A program made the position numbers and the translations under genes. A stretch of 36,767 nucleotides of DNA from a virus, in the UHGV virus genome UHGV-0208078; one strand, given 5' to 3'. Under the pieces are notes generated by a model, which had not been told where the DNA came from, searched no databases, and was given only the letters and a program-made list of their open reading frames with translations. This document shows positions 15,849-25,400 of this stretch, one piece after another; within the stretch, counting starts at the first letter, position 1; each line of letters starts with the position of its first letter.

Positions 15849-17391
15849 TGGAATTAAGAGACTATGGAAAGGAATCATGAGGATGTTTGGGCACACGACA
15901 TTAAAACAGATCATCGGCAAGGATATCGCGCTATCCAACGACATGATAGATGCAATCAATAGATGGAGACAGATGTTAAATGGTGATGCAGATTGGGTTT
16001 CAGATAGCATCGTTTCTCTCGGAATCGAAGATGGAATCTGCCGAGAGTTTGCGGACTGCGCGCTTGTGGAAATGGAAACCAGTGTAAGTAATGAACGTCT
16101 GGACAAGATCTATCAGAAGAATATCACGAGTCTGAATGAAAACCTGCAGGAAGGGCTTGCACTTGGGTCATTTGTTTTGAAACCACTGGGAGAATCGGCT
16201 GCCGAATTTATTTCAGCCGACAAGATCATACCGATTAGTTTCGGGGATGATGGAAAGCCGAATGACATTGCTTTTCTGACCGTAAAAAAGGTTGGGGACG
16301 CTGATTATTTCACAAGGCTTGAACGGCACTATTTCATTGGCGGGAATCTGACCATAGAAAACAAGTGTTTCCATTCTCAGACAGCGAATGATATCGGTCT
16401 TCCATGCAGCCTAGAAGCTGTGGAAGAATGGGAGAATATCCTACCCGGACCGATTACATACCCAGGAATGAACCGTATGGACTTTGGGTATTACCGTAAT
16501 CCAATCAAAAACAAGGTGGATGGTTCTGCTTGTGGTGTATCGGTATATGAGTCAGCCACTGAACTGATTCGAAAAGCGGATACACAGGGAGCAAGACTTG
16601 ATTGGGAATACGAATCTGGAGAGCGTGCTATCCATGTGGATAATAGAGCACTTAAACAAGATAAGGCAACCGGGAAGTTTGGACTCCCAAAACTCAAAAA
16701 TAAATTGTATCGAGGAATGAATCTGGACGTTGGAAAAGACCAAGAACTCTTAAAAGAATACTCCCCAGAAATGAGGGATGAAGCCTTTAAGCGTGGATTG
16801 GAAGAGTACAAGCGAGAGATTGAGTTTTCTGTAGGTCTTGCTTATGGAGACCTGTCAGATGCGCAGGAAGTAGCGAAAACAGCCACGGAGATTAAAGCAT
16901 CAAAGAACCGGAAGTACAACAGGGTAACGGCAATCCAGAATAACTTATACGATTGCTTAGAGGATTTTGCTGCAGGGCTTGCATTCTACAACAGTATGCT
17001 TAATTCGGGATATGAGTTCTCTTGCAAATTCAACGACTCTATTCTGACAGATGAGGAAACAGAGCGTCAGCAGGATAGACAGGACGTGAGCATGGGCGTG
17101 ATGTCGCACTTGGAATACCGAATGAAATGGTACAACGAGGACGAAGCCACAGCGAAAAAGATGTTGCCGGAACAGAACCAAGTCATGGACGATCAGATGT
17201 TTTCAGACTTAGGGGGGGCACAAGTACAAAGTAAAACGTTAAATGGTGCTCAAACACAGAGTCTTATTGCTATTATGTCTCAATACACAGCCGGAGAGCT
17301 GACAGAGGGACAGGCAGTGAATTTGATCGCGACAGCGATTGGAATCGAAAAAGACGAAGCAAGAAAAATCTTAGATGGAGAAGTGATCTAA
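15841..17391 (+). CDS. portal protein (SPP1 gp6-like)
   Basis: 516 aa directly after TerL. Acidic C-terminal tail typical of portals. Confidence 0.8.
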   Translation: MFDGIKRLWKGIMRMFGHTTLKQIIGKDIALSNDMIDAINRWRQMLNGDADWVSDSIVSLGIEDGICREFADCALVEMETSVSNERLDKIYQKNITSLNENLQEGLALGSFVLKPLGESAAEFISADKIIPISFGDDGKPNDIAFLTVKKVGDADYFTRLERHYFIGGNLTIENKCFHSQTANDIGLPCSLEAVEEWENILPGPITYPGMNRMDFGYYRNPIKNKVDGSACGVSVYESATELIRKADTQGARLDWEYESGERAIHVDNRALKQDKATGKFGLPKLKNKLYRGMNLDVGKDQELLKEYSPEMRDEAFKRGLEEYKREIEFSVGLAYGDLSDAQEVAKTATEIKASKNRKYNRVTAIQNNLYDCLEDFAAGLAFYNSMLNSGYEFSCKFNDSILTDEETERQQDRQDVSMGVMSHLEYRMKWYNEDEATAKKMLPEQNQVMDDQMFSDLGGAQVQSKTLNGAQTQSLIAIMSQYTAGELTEGQAVNLIATAIGIEKDEARKILDGEVI

Positions 17392-18576
17392 TTGAGGGAA
17401 GACTACAAAAAGCAGCTATCCGGACAGATTGAAAAGCATTTTTTGGATTTGGAACAGATGATTCTTGAGGACATTGTTCGCAGAATTAAAAAAGCCGGAA
17501 AAATCACAAGCACGGCAGACTGGCAGATTAACCGGTTACAGATCATCGGGTACTCTTCTGAGGACATCGAAAAGATGATAAAAACCACACTGAACCTGTC
17601 CTATCCGGAAGTGTTTGAACTGTATGACAAGGTTATCGACTGGGAATATGTCCGCAACAAAGACATATACGAACAGGTCAATGCGGAATATATCCCCTAC
17701 GAGGATAATAAGGAGTTGCAACAGCTTACAGATGGCTTTATCCAGCAGAGTAATGATAAGCTTCGAGATATCACGCAATCGATGGGATTTTATGTGGATT
17801 ATGGAAATGGCAAACTTGTTATGACACCACTTGCAGATATTTACCAGAATTATCTTGACCAGGCTATTGCAGGAGTGGTTTACGGTACATTTGATTATAA
17901 TACCATGATTCGAAGAGTAGTCACGCAGCTTACAAATAGTGGATTGAGATATGTTGATTATGCATCTGGATGGCATAATCGTGTGGATGTTGCTGCCAGA
18001 AGGGCAGTTATGATGGGTGTTTCACAGCTTACCTGGAAAATCTCCGATATGAATGCTGAGAATCTCGGAACAGAGTATTTCGAGGTTGCATGGCATTCCG
18101 GGGCACGTCCTTCTCATGCGGTTTGGCAAGGTAAAGTTTGGAGTAAGAAAGAACTGGTTACTGTCTGTGGGCTTGGTACTGGTCCTGGACTACTTGGTTG
18201 GAACTGCTACCATGAATATTACCCCTTCGTAAAAGGCATTTCAGAGCGTAACTGGACAGATGAGTGGCTTGCAGAGCAAAACCGCAAGGAAAGTATACCT
18301 AAGACATTTAACGGCAAGGAATACACCTTGTACAAAGCCAGACAGCAACTGAGGAAAATGGAAACAGCAATGAGGGCGCAGAGAGAAAAGGCTGTGCTAT
18401 TAAAGCAAGGTGGAGCTGACCCAGATGATGTGATGCTTGCGAAAGCGAAATATCAAGGACAGCTTGGTGAGTACACCAGATTTTGTAAGAAAATGGGGCT
18501 GCATCAAGAGCGTGAGCGCATCTATTACGATATGCGCGGCAGAGTGGCACCTGTACCAAAACGATTTAGGAGGTAG
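17392..18576 (+). CDS. minor head / head morphogenesis protein (SPP1 gp7 / Mu F-like)
   Basis: The central region (segment QLTWKISDMNAENLGTEYFEVAWHSGARPSHAVWQGKVW) resembles the Mu-F/gp7 core from memory. The start is TTG per the ORF track and directly abuts the portal stop. The first ATG lies 66 nt in. Confidence 0.75.
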   Translation: MREDYKKQLSGQIEKHFLDLEQMILEDIVRRIKKAGKITSTADWQINRLQIIGYSSEDIEKMIKTTLNLSYPEVFELYDKVIDWEYVRNKDIYEQVNAEYIPYEDNKELQQLTDGFIQQSNDKLRDITQSMGFYVDYGNGKLVMTPLADIYQNYLDQAIAGVVYGTFDYNTMIRRVVTQLTNSGLRYVDYASGWHNRVDVAARRAVMMGVSQLTWKISDMNAENLGTEYFEVAWHSGARPSHAVWQGKVWSKKELVTVCGLGTGPGLLGWNCYHEYYPFVKGISERNWTDEWLAEQNRKESIPKTFNGKEYTLYKARQQLRKMETAMRAQREKAVLLKQGGADPDDVMLAKAKYQGQLGEYTRFCKKMGLHQERERIYYDMRGRVAPVPKRFRR

Positions 18577-18579
18577 AAA

Positions 18580-18861
18580 ATGAGTAAAGTAAAAGTAATC
18601 AGACAACCGACAGCGGAAGCGGCATTGATTTTTGAATTTGAGGTGGCATCATCTGAATTTCTGGTCAAGAATTTCACGGACGGTGATATCTACGCATCTC
18701 TGGAAAGGGACGCGACAAAAGAACAAAGTGTACTGATTCCGTCGCAGACTGCACAGGTGCTACAGTACGGTTCCTACGGTGGCGGAAAGAGTAACCTAGT
18801 CCAAATCATCCCCACAGCAACCTCGGAAAAAGGAGTGGAAGTACAATGTTTAAAATGGTAG
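18580..18861 (+). CDS. hypothetical protein (93 aa), head-module insertion
   Basis: RBS AGGAGG before the ATG. Confidence 0.55.
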   Translation: MSKVKVIRQPTAEAALIFEFEVASSEFLVKNFTDGDIYASLERDATKEQSVLIPSQTAQVLQYGSYGGGKSNLVQIIPTATSEKGVEVQCLKW

Positions 18862-19343
18862 ACGGAACAGGAATCATCGGAGTGGATATGATCTGCCCTC
18901 TGGGAATCTCCACTCCACAGCCACCGAATTATGACAGGGTAGAGCTAGAGGGTACAGGAATGTTGGTGCTGCCGAATAGCTTGGATGCGCCGCTCGAGAG
19001 GTTGGAGCTTGGTGGGAAGACGGAGCAGGTGCAGACGAGTGGGAAGAATTTGGCAAACGCCAATGTATACGAACAAGGATATCTAACAAGCGTTAATGCT
19101 GGTGATAAAGTATCGTTAACTCAAATGCAAAAATCATTCACAACAAATATGGAAGTAAGTTCTATGCAAGGGAAAAACGTTTCAGTGTCAGTCAGAACAA
19201 AAGAAAAAACAGGAAAAAAATATGTATTCACTGATGAGACAGATACTATTATCACCGGAGTGTTTGATACCGGGAGTAATAACTATTCGGAATTTAAAAA
19301 TATAACAATCCCGAAAAATGCAAAAAACTTTTTTTCTCTGTGA
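18846..19343 (+). CDS. hypothetical protein (165 aa), head-module insertion
   Basis: ORF with overlap coupling. It ends in an A/T homopolymer-rich tract (aaaaaac ttttttt). Confidence 0.55.
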   Translation: MFKMVDGTGIIGVDMICPLGISTPQPPNYDRVELEGTGMLVLPNSLDAPLERLELGGKTEQVQTSGKNLANANVYEQGYLTSVNAGDKVSLTQMQKSFTTNMEVSSMQGKNVSVSVRTKEKTGKKYVFTDETDTIITGVFDTGSNNYSEFKNITIPKNAKNFFSL

Positions 19344-20092
19344 CTTATGATGCGCAAGAAAACACAGAATTGCAAGTTGAGTTGGGCACTACTGTAACTA
19401 CTTACGAACCCTACACAGGTGGTAAACCATCCCCATCCCCAGAATATCCGCAGGAAATCAAAAACTCTGGGAAATGGAATGAGGAGAAACAGAAGTACGA
19501 AGTGGATGTGAAAATTACCAACGCCGAACAGAATTGGAGCAAAGAGCAAACCCTCACCCTCACATCCGACAGACCTCTCACAAAGTGGGACAGACTGGTA
19601 GAGCAGGGTGGAGAGATTGGGTGGTTGTACGGAAGTGAAATTTTACAATTTACTGACGCTGAAGGATTTAAATTTTTTCATAACGCCCAAAATAAAGCTG
19701 TAGTTAATGTGCTAAAAGCTATTGACCCTGATTATTCAGATTCGTTCTCTGTAAATAATTCATATTGCACACATTTCATTAATAATATTCAGGCGTACTA
19801 TGATTCTGGGGATACTTGTTCTTTTACACTTTCAACAAGAGACGGGAACTGTTTGTATTTTAAATTTGGGAGCACCTCAGATATTTCGGATTTAGAAAAA
19901 TTCGAAAAATGGATTTTAGAAAAAAGACCTGTTGTAATTTATAAGACTAAGGATTTGCAATTCATCCCCCTCCCACAATCCGAACAAAACGCTATCCGAG
20001 CCTTAAAAACCTACTACCCTACCACAGTCATCACAGTGGACGGAGGGGAACTTGACCCAGATATTAAAGTAACGTATCGAAAGGAGATATGA
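19340..20092 (+). CDS. hypothetical protein (250 aa), possibly the continuation of the previous ORF
   Basis: GTG start overlapping the previous stop, in the -1 frame relative to it. Contains ELGTTVTTYEPY and a Pro/Ser linker. Confidence 0.5.
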   Translation: MTYDAQENTELQVELGTTVTTYEPYTGGKPSPSPEYPQEIKNSGKWNEEKQKYEVDVKITNAEQNWSKEQTLTLTSDRPLTKWDRLVEQGGEIGWLYGSEILQFTDAEGFKFFHNAQNKAVVNVLKAIDPDYSDSFSVNNSYCTHFINNIQAYYDSGDTCSFTLSTRDGNCLYFKFGSTSDISDLEKFEKWILEKRPVVIYKTKDLQFIPLPQSEQNAIRALKTYYPTTVITVDGGELDPDIKVTYRKEI

Positions 20093-20093
20093 T

Positions 20094-20384
20094 ATGAACT
20101 ACGCAAAAATCATGGAAAACGGAACTGTAAGAATCAGCTCCATCAAGAAAGAGGGCTACAAGCCACTCAAGGAGGAAAAACCAGAGGGATTTAGCAACCT
20201 TGTCTTTGTTGGATATACGGAGACAGAAGAGAACGTAATCAAAGAGTATGAAGCAGTGGATGATGGTATGAGCGCCTACGGGAAATTGCAGAAAGACTTG
20301 AAAGCAACACAGGCGGCACAGGAAGTCACAGATCAGGCGGTGCAGGAGCTTATACTTGCAACGATGGAAGCGGAGGTGAAATGA
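20094..20384 (+). CDS. hypothetical protein (96 aa)
   Basis: ATG immediately after the previous stop. Confidence 0.5.
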   Translation: MNYAKIMENGTVRISSIKKEGYKPLKEEKPEGFSNLVFVGYTETEENVIKEYEAVDDGMSAYGKLQKDLKATQAAQEVTDQAVQELILATMEAEVK

Positions 20385-20479
20385 TGGCACAGTTTTTGGC
20401 GAACAGAATTAAAGGCGGACACTTGACGATTGATGATGTACCGGAGAGCTTAAAAGAGCAGGTACAGGCGTTACTTTAG
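20384..20479 (+). CDS. micro-ORF (31 aa)
   Basis: MAQFLANRIKGGHLTIDDVPESLKEQVQALL. TGATG-coupled. Under 60 aa, so not in the ORF track. Confidence 0.25.
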   Translation: MAQFLANRIKGGHLTIDDVPESLKEQVQALL

Positions 20480-20487
20480 GAGTAGAT

Positions 20488-20601
20488 ATGTTTATCAGAT
20501 GGTTAAAGCAGAAATTCTGCAAACACAAGTATTGCAAGCACTACAACAAGACTACAAAGGGATATGTTAGGCGTTGTGTAAAGTGCGGAAAAATTGAATA
20601 A
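20488..20601 (+). CDS. Cys/Lys-rich micro-ORF (37 aa)
   Basis: GGAG then ATG. CKHKYCKHYNK...RRCVKCGKIE. Confidence 0.25.
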   Translation: MFIRWLKQKFCKHKYCKHYNKTTKGYVRRCVKCGKIE

Positions 20602-20731
20602 GTAGGAGATTAGCGCATAGAGATATGTGTTATTTTTATGCCTTTTGGTCAGTAGATGAGACCTTAAACAGTCAATTCGTGGCGGTTGGTAACACGCCTA
20701 AAACTACCTAATGCGAAAGGAGATCGGAAAC

Positions 20732-21283
20732 ATGAAAACAGAATTTTTAAAAGGACTCGGATTGGAACAGGATGCTATTGATAAGATCATGGCAGAGAAC
20801 GGGAAAGACATTGCCGCTGAAAAGGCAAAGACAACCAAAGCAGAGGGTGAGCGTGACAATTACAAGAGTCAGCTTGAGACTGCAACGGAATCTCTGGAAA
20901 AGTTTAAAGATGTTGATCCAGCAGCTATGCAGGGCGAGATCAACAAACTGAATCAACAGCTGAAAGACAAGGATGCTGAGTATGCCGAAAAAGAAGCGGA
21001 TCGCATCTTTTCCGACACGATCAAAGAAGCGATCAAGACAGCCGGCGGTCGCAACGAAAAAGCAGTCATGGCTATGCTTGATATGGATGCTTTGAAAGAA
21101 TCGAAAAACCAGTCTGAGGACATCAAAAAAGCATTGGAAACCGTAAAGGAATCTGATGCTTATTTATTTGGTTCTAATGAACCATTCATGAACGCAGTCG
21201 GAGCAACAGGAGGCGGTGCTGATGTTGGCGGAGATAATATGTCAGCAATCAGAGCGGCCATGGGGCTTCCGGCAGAAAAATAA
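20732..21283 (+). CDS. scaffolding protein
   Basis: ATG after AAGGAGA. Its position immediately upstream of the major capsid gene and its size (183 aa) fit a phage scaffolding protein. The Lys/Glu-rich sequence (EKAKTTKAEGERDNYKSQLETATESLEKFKD) fits but was not compared to any family. Confidence 0.7.
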   Translation: MKTEFLKGLGLEQDAIDKIMAENGKDIAAEKAKTTKAEGERDNYKSQLETATESLEKFKDVDPAAMQGEINKLNQQLKDKDAEYAEKEADRIFSDTIKEAIKTAGGRNEKAVMAMLDMDALKESKNQSEDIKKALETVKESDAYLFGSNEPFMNAVGATGGGADVGGDNMSAIRAAMGLPAEK

Positions 21284-21308
21284 TTTTGAAAGAATGAGGT
21301 AATAAGAT

Positions 21309-22166
21309 ATGGCGAACACAATTGCATTAAGAAAAGCATACTCTACGATGTTGGACGAAGTTTACAAGCTGGCATCTTTGACAGCGGTTTTGGATGGTCC
21401 GAATGAGCTTGTGAGAGAGGGTGCAAACGCAAATGAAATTTTGATTCCGAAAATGACGATGTCCGGTCTTGCAAATTACAATAAGCAGACAGGATATGTT
21501 GCAGGTGACGTGACACTTGAGTACGAGACCAAGAAATGTACTTATGATCGAGGCCGTATGTTCACTGTGGACGCTATGGACAATATCGAGTCTGCAGGTG
21601 TTGCCTTCGGACGTCTTTCTGGAGAATTTTTGAGAACACAGGTTGTTCCGGAGCTTGACGCTTGGAGACTTGCATCTTATGCAGGATACGCACCATCTGC
21701 TAATAAAGTGGCAGCAGCGATTGCAGATGCGAAAGCCGGAATTGCAGCAATTAGAAAAGGCAAGACTGCTATTAAAAATGCGGAGGCAAAGCCGGAAACC
21801 TGTTATCTGTATATCTCTGCCGCACTCAAAGGGGATATTGAGGACCTTGATACAACGGCATCCAAGAAAGTTCTGGAAGGCTGGGCTGGAGTGATTGAAG
21901 TTCCTGAGGGAAGATTTTTCGACAAAGTCACGTTGACAGCATCTGGAGCCGGCGGCTTTACAACAACAGGCGGTAAGAAGATTGATTTCTTGATTGTTGA
22001 CAAGAATGCAGTAATCCAGAATCAGAAGCACACTGTATCTAAGATTATCACACCGGATGCAAACCAGGATGCAGATGCTTGGAAGTTCGGATATCGTACC
22101 GTAGGTATCGCAGAGGCGAAAGACAACAAAAAAGTGGCCATCTATGTGCACACTGCTGCGGAGTAG
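21309..22166 (+). CDS. major capsid protein
   Basis: 285 aa directly after the scaffold gene. Strong RBS (GAGG). Size and position match the major capsid protein of this phage group. Confidence 0.75.
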   Translation: MANTIALRKAYSTMLDEVYKLASLTAVLDGPNELVREGANANEILIPKMTMSGLANYNKQTGYVAGDVTLEYETKKCTYDRGRMFTVDAMDNIESAGVAFGRLSGEFLRTQVVPELDAWRLASYAGYAPSANKVAAAIADAKAGIAAIRKGKTAIKNAEAKPETCYLYISAALKGDIEDLDTTASKKVLEGWAGVIEVPEGRFFDKVTLTASGAGGFTTTGGKKIDFLIVDKNAVIQNQKHTVSKIITPDANQDADAWKFGYRTVGIAEAKDNKKVAIYVHTAAE

Positions 22167-22178
22167 GAGTTGATCTGA

Positions 22179-22565
22179 ATGAATTTGTATGCGGACTATA
22201 ACTTCTATATGACGGAGTATAAGGGAAAAGCCACAGAAGAAGAATTTCAAAGGCAGATCGTGAAAGCAAGTGCCCACGTTCGGAGGATTACCTTTGGGCG
22301 TGCAGACAACTGCACGGAAATGGAAGAGGTGAAACTTGCTGTATGTGCAGTTTGTGATGTACTGATTTCGGATGAAAAAAGCCGAGAAAATAACAGTGGC
22401 AGACAGATCGCATCGGAGAGTACGGATGGATATTCCGTAAGCTATGTACAAGAAAAATTAGCTGATGAGACATCAGAAGAATTGTCATGCCGGAAAGCGT
22501 GTCAGGCGGCGGAACTATACTTGGAACCGACAGGTCTGCTCTATGCGGGGGTGGAAGAATGCTGA
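22179..22565 (+). CDS. head-tail connector / DNA-packaging protein (gp15-like), putative
   Basis: First small gene after the major capsid gene. The function is assigned by position. Confidence 0.5.
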   Translation: MNLYADYNFYMTEYKGKATEEEFQRQIVKASAHVRRITFGRADNCTEMEEVKLAVCAVCDVLISDEKSRENNSGRQIASESTDGYSVSYVQEKLADETSEELSCRKACQAAELYLEPTGLLYAGVEEC

Positions 22566-22894
22566 CCAATACAGATGCTACGATATACCACAGACAGTAT
22601 GATCCGGAAACAAGACTGGATGAGTGGGAGCGAACGTATATCCCGGAGATATGGTGGTACAAAAACGAAAAGTCGCAGATCACGACAGATGGATTAAAGC
22701 AAGCAGACACCTACACCGTCAGAATCCCGGACACGAGCGTGGCTGTCAAAAAAGATGATTATCTTGTAAAAGGAGATTGTAAGGTTGACATGCAGACCAT
22801 CAAGGATTTGGATGGGCTGGATAAGACCAGAGTCACATCTGCAAACTACAATACTTTTGGCGGCAATCCGCATATTAAGGTGGTGGGAATATAA
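22559..22894 (+). CDS. head closure / head-tail adaptor protein, putative
   Basis: Internal ATG at 22559 overlaps the previous stop. Assigned by position. Confidence 0.5.
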   Translation: MLTNTDATIYHRQYDPETRLDEWERTYIPEIWWYKNEKSQITTDGLKQADTYTVRIPDTSVAVKKDDYLVKGDCKVDMQTIKDLDGLDKTRVTSANYNTFGGNPHIKVVGI

Positions 22895-23295
22895 TGGCAA
22901 AAGGAAAGAAAAAATTCCAGATTGAGACGCCGAGAGGTAAGATATCAACTTACACGATTTCCAAGGGAAATTTGAAAGGAAGGACAATAGCGAGACTCGA
23001 CTGGAATCCGAACTTTAGACCGAATATGGAATCCGGTTTCGCAAACGCACAGGAGTTTGTTGATTCTGAGTGCATCCGGCGCATGAAACCAGAGACTCCA
23101 AGACGGACAGGTGCACTGGATAAGTCAGCGACTCTTGGCAGCGTGATCGGCAGTGGTGAGATCAACCAGATTGCGCCTTATGCATGTAGACAGTATTACG
23201 AGCATAAGGAAAAATCACGATGGTTTGAGCGCATGAAAAACCGACACAAAGACTCTATTCTGAAAGGAGCGGCTAAGTATGTCAAATCTCATTGA
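22894..23295 (+). CDS. minor capsid / neck protein, putative
   Basis: ATGG-coupled start. Assigned by position in the connector cluster. Confidence 0.5.
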   Translation: MAKGKKKFQIETPRGKISTYTISKGNLKGRTIARLDWNPNFRPNMESGFANAQEFVDSECIRRMKPETPRRTGALDKSATLGSVIGSGEINQIAPYACRQYYEHKEKSRWFERMKNRHKDSILKGAAKYVKSH

Positions 23296-23698
23296 CAGCG
23301 TCAGATCATACATTCTCACATGTCCGTTTTTAAGTGATGGACGTGTAAATGTGGATTATATCGGAACGGATATGGGGTACTCTGTTGACCCTCTCCCTTG
23401 CGACCCGATTATCCAGAGATACATGGACGGTGGGTCAAAGAAACAGTTCCAGTTTGCGTTTACGAGCCAAGAGGAATACGATCAGGACGCAAGAATCAAT
23501 ATCGAAAACAGTGGATTCTTCCAGAGCTTCGAAGAGTGGTTGGAACAGCAGAGTTTTAATGACAATCTTCCGGAACTCGGAGAAAAGAAGAACCCAATAT
23601 CAATCGAAACTTTAAACAGCGGCTATCTGTACGATATCAATGAGGAAAAAGCTAAGTATCGTATTGAGTGCCGCTTAATCTATACACAGGAGGTATAA
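23279..23698 (+). CDS. tail completion / neck protein, putative
   Basis: Assigned by position before the major tail gene. Confidence 0.5.
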   Translation: MSNLIDSVRSYILTCPFLSDGRVNVDYIGTDMGYSVDPLPCDPIIQRYMDGGSKKQFQFAFTSQEEYDQDARINIENSGFFQSFEEWLEQQSFNDNLPELGEKKNPISIETLNSGYLYDINEEKAKYRIECRLIYTQEV

Positions 23699-23700
23699 GT

Positions 23701-24225
23701 ATGTCAGGAACAGCACCAAAATTAGTAGGCAGACACCTGCGAGTGGCGTTTTTAAACACGGATGCAACAGGTAGTTCGCCAAAATTCGAGAGAATGACCA
23801 ATTTTACCAGTATGACAAACGGAAAAAATCCAAAAGAGTACTCACGTCAATATGTGGACGAAAGCACCGAAAGATCAGATGTAGTTGGATATGCTCCGGC
23901 CACAGAATACTCATTTGACCTGTATACAGGCAATCCGGTACATGATCGCATTGCTGCAATTCATGATGGAGAGAAAGTAGCGGATGACGCGCACGTGGAA
24001 GTTGTCACAGTGGATTTTTACAAGAAAAATACGAGAGGCGATAAGTGCTTTGCGACAAAGAGAACTTACGCAGTTATCCCAGATTCTGACGGAGATGGAA
24101 CGGACGCATTGGTTTACAGTGGATCCCTAAAAGCTGTGTCAGAAATCGAGGAAGGATATGTTACAGAGACTGATATTACATCTAAGACAGTCACTTACAC
24201 TAAGGGTGATTACATGGGGGAGTAG
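23701..24225 (+). CDS. major tail (tube) protein
   Basis: ATG after AGGAGGTATAAGT. 174 aa. It precedes the two chaperone genes and the TMP. Confidence 0.7.
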   Translation: MSGTAPKLVGRHLRVAFLNTDATGSSPKFERMTNFTSMTNGKNPKEYSRQYVDESTERSDVVGYAPATEYSFDLYTGNPVHDRIAAIHDGEKVADDAHVEVVTVDFYKKNTRGDKCFATKRTYAVIPDSDGDGTDALVYSGSLKAVSEIEEGYVTETDITSKTVTYTKGDYMGE

Positions 24226-24280
24226 CTGCCGCCGATTTTAAGGTGGCAAAAAACACAGGAAAGAATAGGAGAGTGAGCCA

Positions 24281-24643
24281 ATGAGCCAGTGGAAATTTAA
24301 TAATTTTGAAACAGACATCGATTTTACAGACGCAGATTTTATGGAGAAATTCGAGGGCTGCTACGAAAAAATGGTTGAGGAATCCGAAAAAGTACCGAAA
24401 GTTGGAAAAGTGTCCGAGATTACGAGGGCGCAATGCAAGGTTTTTAATGATTTCTATGACCGATTATTCGGAGACGGAACAAGCGAAAAAATGTTTCTAG
24501 GGAAAAACAGCATGGACATGAGAGTTAAGGCCGCCAATTCACTGTTTGATTTACGGAACAGCGAGCAGTCCAGATATAACAGTATGGTAAACAAATATAC
24601 ACCAAACAGGAAAGCTAGGAGAGGGGCGAATAAGAACCGATGA
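24281..24643 (+). CDS. tail assembly chaperone (G-like)
   Basis: Size and position between the major tail and TMP genes. Acidic N-terminus and basic tail. Confidence 0.65.
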   Translation: MSQWKFNNFETDIDFTDADFMEKFEGCYEKMVEESEKVPKVGKVSEITRAQCKVFNDFYDRLFGDGTSEKMFLGKNSMDMRVKAANSLFDLRNSEQSRYNSMVNKYTPNRKARRGANKNR

Positions 24644-25194
24644 ACCTCTTCTATGAATCACTCCCGACATCGGTAATTGTAAATGGAAAGCCTGTGAGAA
24701 TCAGAACCGATTTTCGAGAGTATATTTCTCTTTTGGACATGTTAAAAGATAAAGATGTCAAGTCTGTGGATAAGCTGTTGATTTTGAGTGAGTATTTCCT
24801 TGACGATGTCGAAATATCGCAGCCTGCAATTGACGCATTATGCGACTTTATGAGTGCTGATTTTTCAGACGGAGAAGTCAGTCAAACCGGAACAGTGAGG
24901 CAAAAGAATCTTTTTTCTTTTTCAATCGATTATCCCTATATATTATCAGCATTTTTGCGCGATTACGGAATCGACCTGATTGATATTAAATATCTGCACT
25001 GGTGGAAATTTCGAATGCTTTTTGATGGATTATCAGAGGACAATGAGATCAAGAAAAGAATTATGTACAGAGGGATTGATCTGAGCGAAGTTAAAGATCC
25101 GGAAGAGAAAAAGAGAATCCAGAAAATTAAAAAACTGATCGAGTTAAAACAGGAAGAATTGACTGATTTTGAAATCGGTGACGCTTTTATGTAG
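24640..25194 (+). CDS. second tail chaperone, Phage_Gp15-like
   Basis: Family assigned from memory. It starts in the -1 frame overlapping the previous stop (ATGA). Confidence 0.65.
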   Translation: MNLFYESLPTSVIVNGKPVRIRTDFREYISLLDMLKDKDVKSVDKLLILSEYFLDDVEISQPAIDALCDFMSADFSDGEVSQTGTVRQKNLFSFSIDYPYILSAFLRDYGIDLIDIKYLHWWKFRMLFDGLSEDNEIKKRIMYRGIDLSEVKDPEEKKRIQKIKKLIELKQEELTDFEIGDAFM

Positions 25195-25201
25195 GTGGAC
25201 C

Positions 25202-25348
25202 ATGAAAAAAGAACCAATATTAGTCCGAGATTGGATTAGATGCCCTGTGTGCGGCTGCAAACTTGCTATTGCAGACAATACAGCCAAAAGCCACGGTATC
25301 TACGTAAAATGTCGGACTTGTAAGAAAGAAATAGAAATTAAGAAATAA
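25202..25348 (+). CDS. Com-like zinc-ribbon micro-protein (48 aa)
   Basis: MKKEPILVRDWIRCPVCGCKLAIADNTAKSHGIYVKCRTCKKEIEIKK. Two CxxC pairs, as in the phage Mu Com family (from memory). It lies between the tail chaperone and the TMP. Confidence 0.5.
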   Translation: MKKEPILVRDWIRCPVCGCKLAIADNTAKSHGIYVKCRTCKKEIEIKK

Positions 25349-25400
25349 AGCACTTAAGTGAGCCTATGAGCCTGTGCTATCCAAGAATAGGAGGGATAGT

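Noticed and set aside
21327-22451. 374-aa minus-strand ORF spanning the major capsid gene region
   Set aside because: It is antisense to two well-supported structural genes with good RBSs. It has unusual composition (Cys/Arg/Leu-rich) and no RBS. It is a typical shadow ORF.
24590-24645. Programmed -1 frameshift between the two tail-chaperone ORFs
   Set aside because: The second ORF is in the -1 frame and overlaps the first by ATGA. I found no canonical X_XXY_YYZ slippery heptamer in the last 50 nt of the first ORF, and the second has its own ATG. Translational coupling is sufficient. A frameshift is not excluded but is unsupported.
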